Source: Octopus vulgaris (taxonomy: Eukaryota). Taken from it: a DNA stretch of 64,000 nucleotides. The stretch is taken from contig OX597817.1 in NCBI GenBank assembly GCA_951406725.2, positions 43,276,001-43,340,000 on the forward strand, in the 5' to 3' direction. How positions within the stretch are numbered: position 1 is the stretch's first letter; every line of letters starts with the position of its first letter. Both the position numbers and the translations under genes were made by a program. The notes beneath the pieces are model-generated. The model ran no database searches. It saw only the letters and a program-made list of their open reading frames with translations, and was not told where the DNA came from. Positions 39,066 through 52,246 of the stretch are shown here, piece by piece.

Positions 39066-39791
39066 ATGAAACAAATAAAAGAATAAAAGAATTTACATAT
39101 AATAGCTGGTCATGACTGGAATCCCATGGATCATAGGTCTACTTAATCATGGCTGACCTAGGGCTACACAATCCTCAACTGCACATATGCACTATATGTT
39201 TGTATGTGGTTATTTGATCTGCTAGAAATCGCAACCAAATCTGCTACCCATGCTCTACCATTTTAGTGAAAGGACAAATTGGTTAATGTCATCTAAGGGA
39301 CACTATTTTGGAATAAAAAATGAAAAATAAAAAGGGATGGTCATGGCATAAATGGCTTTGATGAGAGCGTAAGTGTGCTCAATGAAGGACAACCAGGGGT
39401 TAAACAACATGTACTCAGAGATAGTACATTTACACCACACACATGACATAGAGCTTAAGGTTCAATCTGGTTAATGAGAGACCTCCCCCTCATCCCTCCC
39501 ACCCACACACATCACAAAAACACCCACACATACACATCACACACAGAGAAGCACATTGAAATTATATAAGTATATCATACAAGCACGGATACAGAGAAGT
39601 CAACAGCTGTTAGTACACAGGGAGAGGGGAAGGGTGGTTTCTAACAGCTTATACACAAACTATTATCTATAACCGAATTATCTTCAGCCACTCTCCACCA
39701 CATCATCATTCCTAGAGTTACAGACATTGGCTTCAAAGTCTTCTCATTCCTTATATAAGACAATCATACTGAGTCTTATTGAAGAGCCAAG

Positions 39792-39827
<36 letters not shown>

Positions 39828-39829
39828 AT

Positions 39830-40182
39830 AAGTGTCACCCTTTTCAAGCCTAACCAGGCTCATGGGCCTGGTTTCTCGGTTTCTGTGGTGTATGTGTTCT
39901 CCCCAGTTGGACGGGACGCCAGTTCATCGCAGGAAATAAATGCCCCCTTTTAAAGCCTAGCCAGGCTCATGGGCCTGGTTTCCCGGTTTCTATGGCATAT
40001 GTGTTCCCTAGCTGGATGGAATGCAAGTCCATTGCAGTGTTACTCATTTTTGCCAGCTGAGTGGACTGGAGCAACGTGAAATGAAGTGTTTTGCTCAAGA
40101 ACACAACGCGTCACCCGGTCCAGGAATCGAAACCACAATCTTACAATCATGATGCTGACACCCTAACCACTAAGCCATGTGC

Positions 40183-40185
<3 letters not shown>
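39830..40185 (-). mobile_element. tRNA-derived SINE, family D/E
   Basis: Minus-strand head GGCACATGGCTTAGTGGTTAGGG...GGTTTCGATTCCTGG; tail GGCCCATGAGCCTGG duplicated; related to 44170-44474. Confidence 0.75.
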
Positions 40186-40216
<31 letters not shown>

Positions 40217-40218
<2 letters not shown>

Positions 40219-40550
40219 CAGGTCATTAAGAATGAAATATCTGATATTCTTATGCACCAAGTTTGGCACTCATTAACTCTAATCTTTTATCCTGACAATT
40301 CTTTTCAAAATGCAATTCATGGTGTCTGATTATATTGTGAGTTTTCTCTTGTAAATCAATTTTTGTGAACCTATGGATAGATAACAAATTTGTGTTGTTT
40401 ATGAATATGAGTTCTGTCATGGAACCAATGCATCCCAGACAGCTCAAAATGAGCGCACTGTACATTGATGGTTTGAGAAGTTCCGGTCTGGTGAGTTTAC
40501 TCTTGAAAATCAGCCCCGTGGTAGACCTGAGACCAAGGTGGATAATTTCT
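40217..40550 (+). mobile_element. Mariner transposon 5' fragment
   Basis: Translates to YEFCHGTNASQTAQ...ERTVH*WFEKFRSGEFTLENQPRGRPETKVDN, a mariner HTH with an internal deletion. Confidence 0.7.
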
Positions 40551-41226
40551 ACACTCAAATACCTTTTGATTCAGAAATGATATCATTCTATTATGGGATG
40601 CATGTGTTTCTGTGTTGTTATGCATCATTAGCAGCAAACACTGAATTCATTGCTCACAGCTCTATTAAAATGATGGTTCTGATATATAAGAACAATAAAC
40701 AGTAAATTTGCTAGCATGACCACACCTCCACCCATGGTTACCCTTCATTGCATTCACCTCTATCCCTATTTCCTAACTATCTCTCACTCTCCTGTCACAC
40801 TTTTATGAATTCCCCCATCCATTCTCCTCAATCCCCTGACTCTATTCTCTCTTATATTTATCTTCTTGTACTTTAAGGCCCATGCTCTGATACTTCCCCA
40901 TCACCATCTTTTTCCCTTTCCAGCTGGTATAACCTTGTATCCCTTTTACAACCTGACATCCCTTTTACACCCCTCTATCATAGTTGGAGTGGTATTAAAA
41001 GGATGAGGATTAACAGTGTAGCTAGAGTGATGCAGAGTGCTGGGTGTGCATGCTGCTCCAGGTGATGCTTATATGGGGGAGCACTTTGGGTCTGCTGTAT
41101 AAGCCAGTGTAGACTTGGGGGCTTGTTGGGGAAGGAAGCAAACTCAAGGGTGACTCCAGGTGATATACATTCTATTCCACTAAAAAAAGGTTATATATAC
41201 TAATTACTTTTTCCCTCTCATTCCAG

Positions 41227-41379
41227 TTAAAATTTCCTGTTCTGGAAACAGTTTTCACTGTCTGTCCGGTGTGTGTCTGCCTATGGAAAAACTCTGTGAT
41301 GGATTTGTAGATTGTGATGATGGCAGTGATGAAAATAATTGCAGTGCTGTTGATTCCAACAGACGAACCACTTTGACAT
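41227..41379 (+). CDS. Exon encoding LDL-receptor class A repeat 1
   Basis: TTCCAG acceptor, GTATGT donor, 153 nt, phase 1-1; [35 protein letters not shown] has six Cys and the DCxDGSDE motif. Confidence 0.92.
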
Positions 41380-42169
41380 GTATGTAGCTTTTACCATTTA
41401 TCCTTTATTATCTTTTACCCGTTTCAGTCATTAGACTGTGGTCATGCTGGGGCAATGCTTTGGAGAATTTTAGTTGAGCAAATCAACCTCACTACTTATT
41501 TTTTTGTTTTAAAGCCTGACTTTGTACTCCAGTATGGCTACAGTTTAATAACTGAAATAACTAAGAATGTAAAAGGGTTACCAGTGAATACAATTCGATT
41601 CTCTTGGAAAGGGTGAATTATTAGAGAAGTGTAGTGATAAAGTAATTAAGTTATATGTTGAACTAATTATCTAAAGTTCTGATTGGATAGATTCCATTAC
41701 CTGTGTTGTAGTCCTAGTTGGAGCAGTTTGACTTCACAGTGACTACTAATACTCGTGAGAAAAATATGAAAAAAATGAACATCAGCTCCAATTTCACTTT
41801 AGTCTTAAGTTCATCATTTATCATTGGAAGAAAACAGGATTGGTTGGGAGCAATCTCCTTTTATCAAGTTCTACTAAAGACAACTTGCCCTTCCTCCTTC
41901 TGGGGTTGATGAAATAAAGTAAAAGTCAAATACTTGGGATTCAATATAATTGACTATTCCCCACTCCCAAATTTCAGACCTTTTGCCCAAGTTAGATGCA
42001 ATTATTATTATTAAATTTGGAGTTTAAATCCTGCTCTTTGGGACCAACAAAATAAAGTACCAGTGACGTCTTGGTGTTGGTATAATCAACTGACTACCTC
42101 TCCCAAATCTTTGATTTTGTGCCTACATTAAAAATATCATCATTGTTATCATTGTCATCATTATTATTA

Positions 42170-42720
42170 TAAGCTCTTCAGGCATGGAAGCGCTGTCAAA
42201 GGGATCTGTCTGAGATGCACACAGAGCCATGAAACCATTCTGCATGCAGTTGTACAGTGTCTGGCTGTTGCTGACATGTGGAGCTTTGTTGAACAGCTGC
42301 TGTTGCATGTAGAGTGAATATGGCTGATGACCAAGTCCATTGTGCAGATTGTCCTGTAGCCTGATGGCTATAGCAAAAGAGGTTGTGTGGCAGATGGTAT
42401 AAAAAGGACTGAAGATAGATGCCTTCCTCTTTGGCCAAGCCCTCATCAACTTTCTCAAGTTCCACTTGAAAAGGAAAGTGAGGGTGGAAAGAGGAGTGCT
42501 GTCCCCCAGTATTTTTATTGAAAGGTGGGCAAATATGGCAAGGATGGCCTGTGTGAATGGATCTACTCTGAATGAGGAGGTAGGGATGCCTGCCTGATGT
42601 ACCCTTGGTGATCAAGATGTCCAGCATGTGTGGGATTCCTTAGTTGCCCCTGGATGGAGGTCCCCTACTTTGTTTAATACTTTATTGTTAATTGTTATTG
42701 TTTTACTGTTTACAGATGTT
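42170..42720 (+). mobile_element. L1/Tx1-type LINE 3' fragment (ORF2 zinc-knuckle region)
   Basis: GICLRCTQSHETILHAVVQCLAVADMW (C-x2-C...ET-x2-H-x4-C), later KEVVW and IFIERW; contains stops. Confidence 0.65.
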
Positions 42721-42809
42721 ACCGATAAACTTCCACTGTCCTTTGTGTTGTATTGTTCTTTTTGTTTTGTGTGTGGCCCTTGTGGGCAATAAATAAAGAA
42801 TTATTATTG

Positions 42810-43360
42810 TCATTGTGTGAGAGAACAGCAAATGCAATCAAAGTGACACTGGGGTAAAATATAGGAAGCCCAGTATACCCAACATAACTACCTGTCTGAT
42901 AAGGGTACACCAGGCACATGCATCACAACCATATGTGCATGACATGGTGATCAAGATAAACAGCACAGGACCTTGCAGGTGGGGCCCAGTTAGAATTTTC
43001 TTCTGGTCGAGTAGCCCACCCCGCTCAAAAGGTCCCTGAATAAGGATTGTTTAAGGATGTTGAATGAAACACTCATGTTTCCAAAAGTGAATTATCCAAA
43101 CCTCCAAGAATTCCTTTCAACACATGGCTATGATGTTTCCCCACTACTCCTGCTCATGATCAGAGATGCACATATTGTCAGCCACCAAGGGACATGGTCA
43201 ACTGGTTAAGGTCAAGCAACTGACAAGCAAATCTGTGGTATTGAGCAGAATTTTTGCTGTAGCCCATCTTTTATAGCAAGTCAAAACATGTACATGATAA
43301 CACTTCCAATCAGTTAAGATCAGAAGCCATGAGAGCCAGTACCTGGTACTGCATCAGGGC
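42810..43360 (-). repeat. Unclassified interspersed repeat (probable retroelement)
   Basis: GC-richer block sharply bounded by (TAA)-like tracts; no informative ORF; class not determined. Confidence 0.4.
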
Positions 43361-44169
43361 ATATTATAATTATAATAATAATTATTATTAATAGTTGTTG
43401 TTGTTGTCGGTATTGTTGTAATAGAAATAGATGTAGTAGTAATAAAATTAAATTTACAATCATACAAAAAAAAAAAGAAAAAAAGAAATAGAAAATCAAG
43501 GATTTATTACAATTTAGGAATGTAGCAACTGTTTGCAGTGACAAAAATTGATTCAGAAAACAATATATTTGTTTCATGAGAAATAACATAATCTAATGCT
43601 TATAACAATGCCCTCTTCTGATAAAGTTTCCTGATGTTTTTGTTATCAGAGTACACAGATATATTCCACTTTGCTATAATTTTTTTTGCATCATATTTTT
43701 CCATAGGAAAGCTTTATCGGCACAATTGCTTTTGATCACCTCCTCTCTTAGTGTTTACTATACAAGTATGAGGTATGAAGGGGTTCGTAGTTTTTACTGT
43801 CAACAAAACTGAAGAAAGTAGGGAGTCCTCATTGGTGGTGGTGTTAACTCATATCCGAGTAGTCAATCTGTAGCCAGTGGTTGAACTCCTTTATCTTTGA
43901 TGGGTGCAAAGGGTGTTGGTACTTGAGGTCGCTGTTCAGGCTAAGGGTGATACAGAAGAGCCATAATGTAGCAGTTAAGCACTAAAGACTGATAGAATGA
44001 GTGCCAGGCTTAAAAAAACATGTACTGGGGGCATGTTGTGTGACTAAAACCCTTTAAAGCAGTGTCCCAGCATGGCTGCAGTCCAATGAATGAAACAAGT
44101 CAAAGATAAAAGATAAATATGATAATGTTTCATTTGAGGATATATTTTTCATAGATAATATTGTTATAG

Positions 44170-44474
44170 TGGAGGCGCAATGGCCCAGTGGTTAGGGTAG
44201 CGGACTTGCAGTCGGAGGATCGCGGTTTCGATTCCCAGACCAGGCGTTGTGTGTGTTTATTGAGCAAAAACACCTAAAAGCTCGAAGAGGCTCTGGTAGG
44301 GGGTGGTGGCGACCCCTGCTGTACTCTTTCTCCCCAACTTTCTCTCACTCTTTCTTCCTGTTTCTTGAGTAATGCTGTGATGGACTGGCATCCTGTCCAG
44401 CTGGGGGGAACACATACACCACAGAAACCAGGAAACTGGGCCCATGAGCCTGGCTAGGGTTGAAAAGGGCGCAT
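44170..44474 (+). mobile_element. tRNA-derived SINE, family D
   Basis: A-box TGGCCCAGTGG and B-box GGTTTCGATTCCC; inverted sister copy at 56390-56688. Confidence 0.8.
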
Positions 44475-45174
44475 GAATTGATGAATATTGTTATAACTGT
44501 TAGTTTTTCTTTTTGCTTTTTAGTCTGGGAGGGAAGGGCCATGCCCTGGCTCTTTATTTTGTCAAGGCTTCTGAAACTGGGAAAGGAAGTTTTCCTCACT
44601 CCAGAAAACTGGGCCAAAATGCTTGCAAGACAGTGAGCTCAACTAAAGGCATCAAAGGACCCTGGTGTTATTATTAAACTGGGAGACAGGGCAGTGAGCT
44701 GGCAGAATCATTAGCATGCTGGGCAAAATGCTTAGTGGCATTTCATCCATCTTTACAGTTTGAGTTCAAATTTCTCTGAGGTCAGCCTTGCCCTTCATCA
44801 TTTAGGGGGTCAATAAAATAAGTACCAGTTGAGGACTGGGGTTGATGTAATTGACTTACTCACTTCTCTGAAATTGGTGTTCTTGTACCAAAATTTTAAA
44901 TTGTTATTAAACTGGGAGATGGATTAGGTCTACAACTTAGTGGAGCACCAAACTAAATCCCTCATAGAAATTAGTTCTATTATTCTATATTCTGATTTGA
45001 ATAACATCATAAACAATTTGCACTTAAATCTATTTGTGTAGACAGGGGAGTGTGTGTGTGTGTGTGGTTGGGAGTCTACCAAATAAATCCCTGTTGCAGA
45101 TGTTGTTGCTTAGCCCTGGCTGATTCCTGATCCATTGTCTATGATCCACTGTGCTCTAGCTATGTCTTTCCTAT

Positions 45175-45900
45175 CCTTTGTGTATGCATGTGTGTGTTCA
45201 AGCATGCATATGTGTGTATGCACATGTGTATGTGTGCATGTGTATTGTGTATGTGTGTGCATGTGTCTTTATGTGCTTGGTTTCTGTAAACAAAACAACA
45301 GCTTTGCAATTGAACACAGGCAGTGTTGTATGTGTACATTGTGTGTGTGTGTGTGCATACATGTATGTTCCTGTGTACATGAGTGTGTGTGTGTGTGCAT
45401 GTCTGAGTGTGCACATATGTGTATATGTGTCTGCATGTGTGTGTGTGCATTGTGCATATGCATGTGAGTGTGCATGTGTGTGTGAGTATGTGTGTATGTG
45501 TGCTTGTGTGCATTCTTGAGAGTGTGTGTGTGTGTTCATGCATGCATATGTGCATGCACATGTGTGTGTGTATGTGTGTGTGCATACGTGTATATGCTTA
45601 TGTGCATGTGTGCGTGCATTCATGTGTGTGTATATACACATGTGTGTGTGCATGTGCAAGTGTGCACATGTGTATATGTGTGTGTGCATTGTGTGTGCAT
45701 GTGTGTGTGAGTATGTGTGTATGTGTGCATGTGTGTATTCATGAGAGTGTGTATGCGTGTGTGTGCACATTTGTGTGTGTGCATGCATGCATGCATGTAT
45801 GTGTGTGCATGCATGCATGTGCATGTGTCTTTATGTGCTTGGTTTCTGTAAGCCAAACAACAGCCTTGCAATTGAACACATGCAGTGTTGTATGCGTACA
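45175..45900. repeat. Cryptic (TG/CA)n tract with a duplicated unique segment
   Basis: GCATGTGTCTTTATGTGCTTGGTTTCTGTAA..AAACAACAGC..TGCAATTGAACACA occurs at ~45259 and ~45821. Confidence 0.85.
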
Positions 45901-46207
45901 GTCAACCATGAAGGCACATCTGGCCAGGTTTTCCAACATGTTGCCATACGGTGCATGGCTTTTGTAAACAAAGAGGCTTGTGTCTACGTCAAGGCTTTTG
46001 TTGTCCAACATACAAGAGAGGAGAGGTGGGTAATTACCTTGCTTGGAAACAAATGCAGGTTGGCGACAGGAAAGGCATCTAGCCATAGAAAAATCTGTCT
46101 CAATGAATTTTGTCTGATCCATGCAAGAATGATGAAAGTGAACATTAAAACAATGATGATAATGACGAAATAATATTGATATATTAATTAATATTGTTGT
46201 ATTTCAG

Positions 46208-46324
46208 CAACATGTTCCAGCCAGCAGTTTCGCTGTTCCAATGGAAACTGTATTCCGTTCAGTTGGAAGTGTGATGGCTACAATGACTGCCGTGATGGAC
46301 TGGATGAAAGCTTATGCCAAAACG
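46208..46324 (+). CDS. Exon encoding LDL-receptor class A repeat 2
   Basis: TTTCAG acceptor, ACG|GTAATT donor, 117 nt, phase 1-1; [36 protein letters not shown]. Confidence 0.93.
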
Positions 46325-46451
46325 GTAATTTCTTTTGGGCTGCTTTTTAGTGAAAATCCTTTTTCCACTGTACAGAGATGCTAATGTTTATGTGTGTAGG
46401 GGAATACACACACACACACGTATATACATATATACACCCATATATTATGCA

Positions 46452-46678
46452 TTGGGTTGGTACATAATTATTGCGGCTTTTTTCCAACAAATTTTATTCA
46501 ACAAAAATAATAACAAAATGTAACAAAAACATCTTTAAATGATTATTCCGGAGCATATTCACCATCTACTTCAATTACTGCTTCCCATTTGCTTAGTAGA
46601 TGGTCAGTCCATCATTTAAAGATGTTTTTGTTGAATAAAATTTGTTGAAAAAAAGTCGTCATTATTATGCACCAACCC

Positions 46679-46680
<2 letters not shown>
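46452..46680. mobile_element. Mariner-derived MITE
   Basis: TIRs TTGGGTTGGTACATAATTATTGCGGC / GTCGTCATTATTATGCACCAACCCTA; transposase C-terminal remnant on the minus strand. Confidence 0.8.
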
Positions 46681-46735
<55 letters not shown>

Positions 46736-46783
46736 CCCATCCATGCTAGCACGGAAGGTGGATGTTAAACAATGATGGTGATG

Positions 46784-46811
<28 letters not shown>

Positions 46812-46815
<4 letters not shown>

Positions 46816-47218
46816 TATATTGAGGGTACTACTATTCGTAGATACCAACACGCTAAGAGGGACCAATGCGGTCAAAACTACTAAAAATAAACAAAATTTT
46901 ACCGAATGCAAAACTTCAAAACACATCATTTTAAAAAGGAATTCAGTTACATACCACATGTGATTTCGCATTTAAATGCAGAATATGCATTTTTTAAAAT
47001 GATGTGTTTTGAAGTTTTGCATTCAGTAAAATTTTGTTTATTTTTAGTAGTTTTGACCGCATTGGTCCCTCTTAGCGTGTTGGTATCTACGAATAGTAGT
47101 ACCCTCAATATAATATAAATGAATATTTTCAAAGAGGAGGAATTTACGGATTTTTTCTCTTACGAGGTTTCTCATGCTGACTACTGATAATTTCTTTTAA
47201 AGATTTTATCCTCAATTG

Positions 47219-47220
<2 letters not shown>
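46812..47220. mobile_element. Asymmetric inverted-repeat insertion in (TA)n with a truncated hammerhead
   Basis: Near-perfect arms of about 125 bp (46812-46937 / 46990-47117), ~100-bp right extension shared with 3760-3860; spacer on the minus strand reads GCATTTAAATGC-GAAA-TCACATGTGG-TA. Confidence 0.8.
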
Positions 47221-47280
<60 letters not shown>

Positions 47281-47697
47281 CATATATATATATATATACT
47301 TACATGTGTGTATATATCTATATATATATATATATGTGTATGTGTGTGTGTAGTGAGAGAGAGAGATGTTTAGCAAAGAACTATAACATAAGAGAAAATT
47401 GCAAGTTCCTGAGGATCATTCTCAGATCTAGGATCACCACTTTTCAGGTTTCCTTTGGAATGCTTCTATCACAGTTACCCTATATCATGCATTTAGCTGA
47501 AATACATTATCCATAATACATATCCATAGCAGTCTTTCAGGTACAATGATTTTTAATCTTCCAGTTAATTCTCTCATGTTCACTCTTTCGTGTAAATTGA
47601 AACTAATAGACCATGCTTAGCTATTTTCTCTTGACTATTATAGACTGATTGCATTCCTTACTCATTCATATTTGCTGTTACATGTATATACATATAT

Positions 47698-48098
47698 AGG
47701 CATAGGAGTGGCTGTGTGGTAAGTAGCTTGCTTACGAACCACATGGTTCCGGGTTCAGTCCCACTGCGTGGTACCTTGGGCAAGTGTCTTCTACTACAGC
47801 CTTAGGCCGACTAAAGCCTTGTGAGTGTATTTGGTAGACGGAAACTGAAAGAAGCCCGTCGTATATATATATGTGTGTGTATGTGTTTGTGTATCTGTGT
47901 TTGTCCCCACCAACATCGCTTGACAACCGATGCTGGTGTGTTTATGTCCCCGTAACTTAGCGGTTTGGCAAAAGAGACCGATACAATAAGTACTAGGCTT
48001 ACAAAGAATAAGTCATGTGGTCGATTTGCTTGACGAAAGGTGGTGCTCCAGCATGCCCACAGTCAAATGACTGAAACAAGTAAAAGAGTAAAAAAGTA
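47698..48098 (+). mobile_element. Family B SINE
   Basis: Full-length, low-divergence copy. Confidence 0.88.
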
Positions 48099-49694
48099 TA
48101 TCATCATCCTGTATACATGCATAAATATATAATCATGAATCATAAGCAGATGTCAGACAATATACTTCTTGCATACAGAGAGAAACTTTTGTTGACATCA
48201 TTATTATCATTTAACATCCGTGTTCCAGGATAGCATGGGTCAGATAGTAAAAATAACAAATTGGAAATTGTCAGTTTCAGTTTGAAACCTAGTTGAATAT
48301 ATAATTATCCTATCTAATTAAGTAAGTCGTCTACTTGATTTTAGTTGCAGAATTTATTTTCTGCTTTCAACAAGTAAAATGAGCAATCCCTGTTCTTCAT
48401 TTTGTGGTTATCTATGCTGTCAACCACTCTAGGAAAGCAACTATATAGTCACTTCATTGAACTCTTCCTCATATCATGCACTACATTTTTTAAAGGTACA
48501 TAGAATAGTATAATCCTAGGTAGACTGTTTCTGAAAAATGATGGAATGATCAGGCTGGAGTGCCTTTAATCATAGGTCTACATCCCCATGACTGACTTGA
48601 ACTAAACGACAACAACTCCTGCTTATCTAGTACACAAAGTCTCCTGTACTTGCTAGAACAATTAAAACAATGTTAGTCATTCATTAATATTGTCTTTTTC
48701 TCACAACATAATTATTTCTAATTAGCTTCCCATTGCTCACTGTCTTAATTATGTTAACTTGCTCTTGTTTTCCATGTGGATGCCTTCTCTCAGAGTAATT
48801 TCTCTTAGTAATTTATTCTGTGTTATATCTAAAATTAAGTCTAGCAGAAATGCTACTAATCTATTGTATATTAAATCTGTGAGCCTTGTAAACAACTTTC
48901 TGTTGTAAGTGCAGCCAATCAAAAGCTCCTTATACTGGATGTCAGTAGATTTCAGGGATCATCAGGAGAGGATGTATATCATTTTAGGGCCTTCTTCTTG
49001 GTGGCTTTACAGCATACCACTGCCCCATCACTGATCTAAGGCCCTGCCTACCCGATCAACTGACAGTGTTTGATCTTATTTATGTCCATCATCTTGGGGT
49101 TGTCAGCATCATTTGAATTGTGGACCCATGCAAATCTGACGCCTATTTCACACCTGTTCATTACTTTTCTAGCCAAGTTCCATTGTCCCTTTTCAGCCGT
49201 ATCCAGTGGCTGGCCCTCTCACCTGTTTACTGGGTTTCTTTCAAGATGGCATTAGCGTGACAATGCTTCACACTTAATACATTCTCTAAATGTATCAAGT
49301 TTCCTAATGATCAGTGTTTTGTAACTGTTCAATCCTCAGGAACTTCCAGTTCTTAGGTTATAGTTCTTTGTTAAGGAGTGGCTGTGTGGTAAGTAGCTTG
49401 CTTACTAACCACATGGTTCCTGGTTCAGTCCCACTGCATGGCACCTTGAGAAAATGTCTTCTACTATAGCCTCAGGCCAACTAAAGTCTTATGAGTGGAT
49501 TTGGTAGACGGAAACTGAAAGAAGCCTGTCGTGTATTTATCTTGATAATACTAAAACTCTAGGTATGTTTGTGTGTAACTGAAATATCTTAATTTTTTTA
49601 CATATTTATTTTCATACTTATCTTCGGCAATGCAGTACAAACTTATGTGACATTTGGGCCTCTATTTAAATGATTAAACACAATTTTTGTTGTT

Positions 49695-49988
49695 CTATAT
49701 TTAAGAGATGAGGAATTATGTACATTATTTGCATTATTTACAATTGACAGATATTTGTCCTCATCTTATTTCTTGTTAACACAACATTTCAGCTGATATG
49801 CCCTCTAGCCTTCTTCAGTTGTCTTGGGGAAATTACACCGAAAAGTACCTTAGGAATGAGAACTCAGGTTCGAAATTTCCCCAAGACACCTAATGAAGGC
49901 TGGAGGGTATATCAGCTGAAATGTTGTGTTAACAAGAAATAAGATGATGACAAATATCCGTCAATTGTAAATAATGTAAATAATGTAC
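49695..49988. mobile_element. Inverted-repeat insertion with two hammerhead motifs (same family as 4250-4542)
   Basis: Arms 49719-49834 / 49873-49988; left extension TTAAGAGATGAGGAATTA as at 4259. Confidence 0.8.
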
Positions 49989-50824
49989 AATTTTTGTTAT
50001 TTCTTGATGAAAAAACACATAGCTTCCATGACGTCAACACACATACACACATACAGAATACACACACATATAATGAATGTCATGGCTGTCAATCAACACA
50101 AACACACATCCGCTATCTGTGACATATACACACACATAGTCTTCACGCTCTCTAAGAAAAAAAATGTCAACTTTTGATGTACACAATATTTTAATCATTT
50201 AGAAATATTTTTGACTGAATGTGATTTCTTTCTCTGGAGTTCATTAATCTCTGCAAAATATTTTTATTTATTTACTTTTATTTTAAAGTGAAAGAGAGGA
50301 GAAGGTGAAAGATGTATGTGTGTGAAAGAGAGAGAGAGAGAGGAAGAGAGAGAGAAAAAGAGAGAGAGTGAGTAAAGTGGTGTGTTGTCATGTATACGTA
50401 CATACATCAATACATATCCGTACATCTTTTTTTATGTACGTGTGTATGTGTGTGTGAGAGAGGGAGAGAGTGTGAGGGAGTGAACATGTGTATTCTCATG
50501 TATGTGAGAATACACATGTTAACTTTCTCTCTCTCTCTCTCTCTCTCTCATATACGTCCATTTCATATAAATATTCATACATTTTTCTCTTTCTCTTCTC
50601 TTTCACTTTAAAACAGAAGTAACAGGTGATTTCCAGGATAAAAATTGTTAAAAAAAAAAGCTTCTACTTGTGTAAATTGATTACTATTGTTTGGATAGTT
50701 CCAATTAAATAAGTCCAAAAGTTAGGTTAAATATATATACATCTGTCAGTACTGTGAATTGCCATTCTACAAAATGGCAAACAATTCTGCGAAAACTTTA
50801 CCTGGCAACGCTGGGTAGTAAGTC

Positions 50825-50864
<40 letters not shown>

Positions 50865-50865
<1 letters not shown>

Positions 50866-51205
50866 CTCTTTTTACTCTTTTACTTGTTTCAGTCATTTGA
50901 CTGTGGCCATGCTGGAGCACCACCTTTAGTCGAGCAAATGGACCCCAGGACTTATTCTTTGGAAGCCTAGTACTTATTCTATCGGTCTCTTTTGCCAAAC
51001 CGCTAAGTTACAGGAACGTAAACACACCAGCATCGGTTGTCAAGCGACGTTGGGAGGGGTGAACAAACACAGACACATAAACATATACATACATATATAT
51101 ACATATATACGATGGGCTTCTTTTAGTTTCTGTCTACCAAATCCACTCACAAGGCTTTGGTTGGCCCGAGGCTATAGTAGAAGACACTTGCCCAAGGTGC
51201 CACGA
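50865..51205 (-). mobile_element. Family B SINE, head truncated
   Basis: Matches 28600-28940. Confidence 0.85.
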
Positions 51206-51662
51206 TTCCTGGACTGGGCAACACATTGTGCTTTTGAGCAAAACACTTCATTTCACATTGCTCCAGTCCACTCAGCAGGTAAAAAGGAGTAAACCTGTGA
51301 AGGACTGGCATCCCATCCATGTGGGTAATTTATATGCCATGAAACCAGGAAACTGGTCTTTATGAGTCAGTATGGCTCAAAAAGGTAACTTTGCCTTTTT
51401 TTTTTTACTATTTCCTTTAATATTTGGTGACCAGTTGTTTGGTTGGCTGCCCTTTTGAGGTTTGTGTTGTAGATGGTTTCAGAACTCCTTAAGATAGTTT
51501 TACCTTTGTTTCTTTGGCTATGATTGTAAACCTGTGCACAACCAGTATATATTCACTCTGGTAATTCAGAAAGCTAACTTTGTTGTTTTCCATAAGCTAG
51601 TTAAGATTCAATCATATGCTAAAGACATCATTGTCGTCTACACAAGGACATCATGGAAATGG

Positions 51663-52246
51663 TCATCATCATCATCATCATCACCACCACCACCGCCACC
51701 ACCACCACCACCACCACCACCACCACCACCACCACCACCACCACCACCACCATCATCAGCAGCAGCAGCACCAGCACCACCAGCACCACCAGCAGCACCA
51801 GCACCACCAGCACCACCACCACCACCACCAGCACCACCAGCACCACCACCATCACCACCACCACAACCAAAACCACCACCACCACCACCACCACCACCAC
51901 CACCACCACCACCACCATCATCATCAGCAGCAGCAGCACCAGCACCACCAGCACCACCAGCAGCACCAGCACCACCAGCACCAGCACCACCAGCACCACC
52001 ACCATCACCACCACCACCACCACCACCACCACCACCACCACCACCACCACCACCACCACCACCACCACCATCATCATCAGCAGCAGCAGCACCAGCACCA
52101 CCAGCACCACCAGCAGCACCACCAGCACCACCAGCACCACCACCATCACCACCACCATCACCACCACCACAACCAAAACCACCACCACCACCACCACCAC
52201 CACCACCACCACCACCACCACCACCACCACCACCACCACCACCACC
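51663..52246. repeat. Compound (CAC)/(CAG)/(CAT) trinucleotide array with higher-order units
   Basis: About 580 bp of in-phase triplets; the block CATCATCAGCAGCAGCAGCACCAGCACCACCAGCACCACCAGCAGCACC occurs three times and CAACCAAAA twice. Confidence 0.95.

Noticed and set aside
44170-44245. tRNA-like sequence with A and B boxes
   Set aside because: It is the head of a SINE continuing into repeat body sequence; no complete acceptor stem. The same applies to the other SINE heads.
46765-47132. Near-identical short ORFs on both strands
   Set aside because: A by-product of the inverted repeat, not genes.
48940-49320. GC-richer block with possible retrotransposon protein remnants on the minus strand
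   Set aside because: No motif could be identified with confidence.
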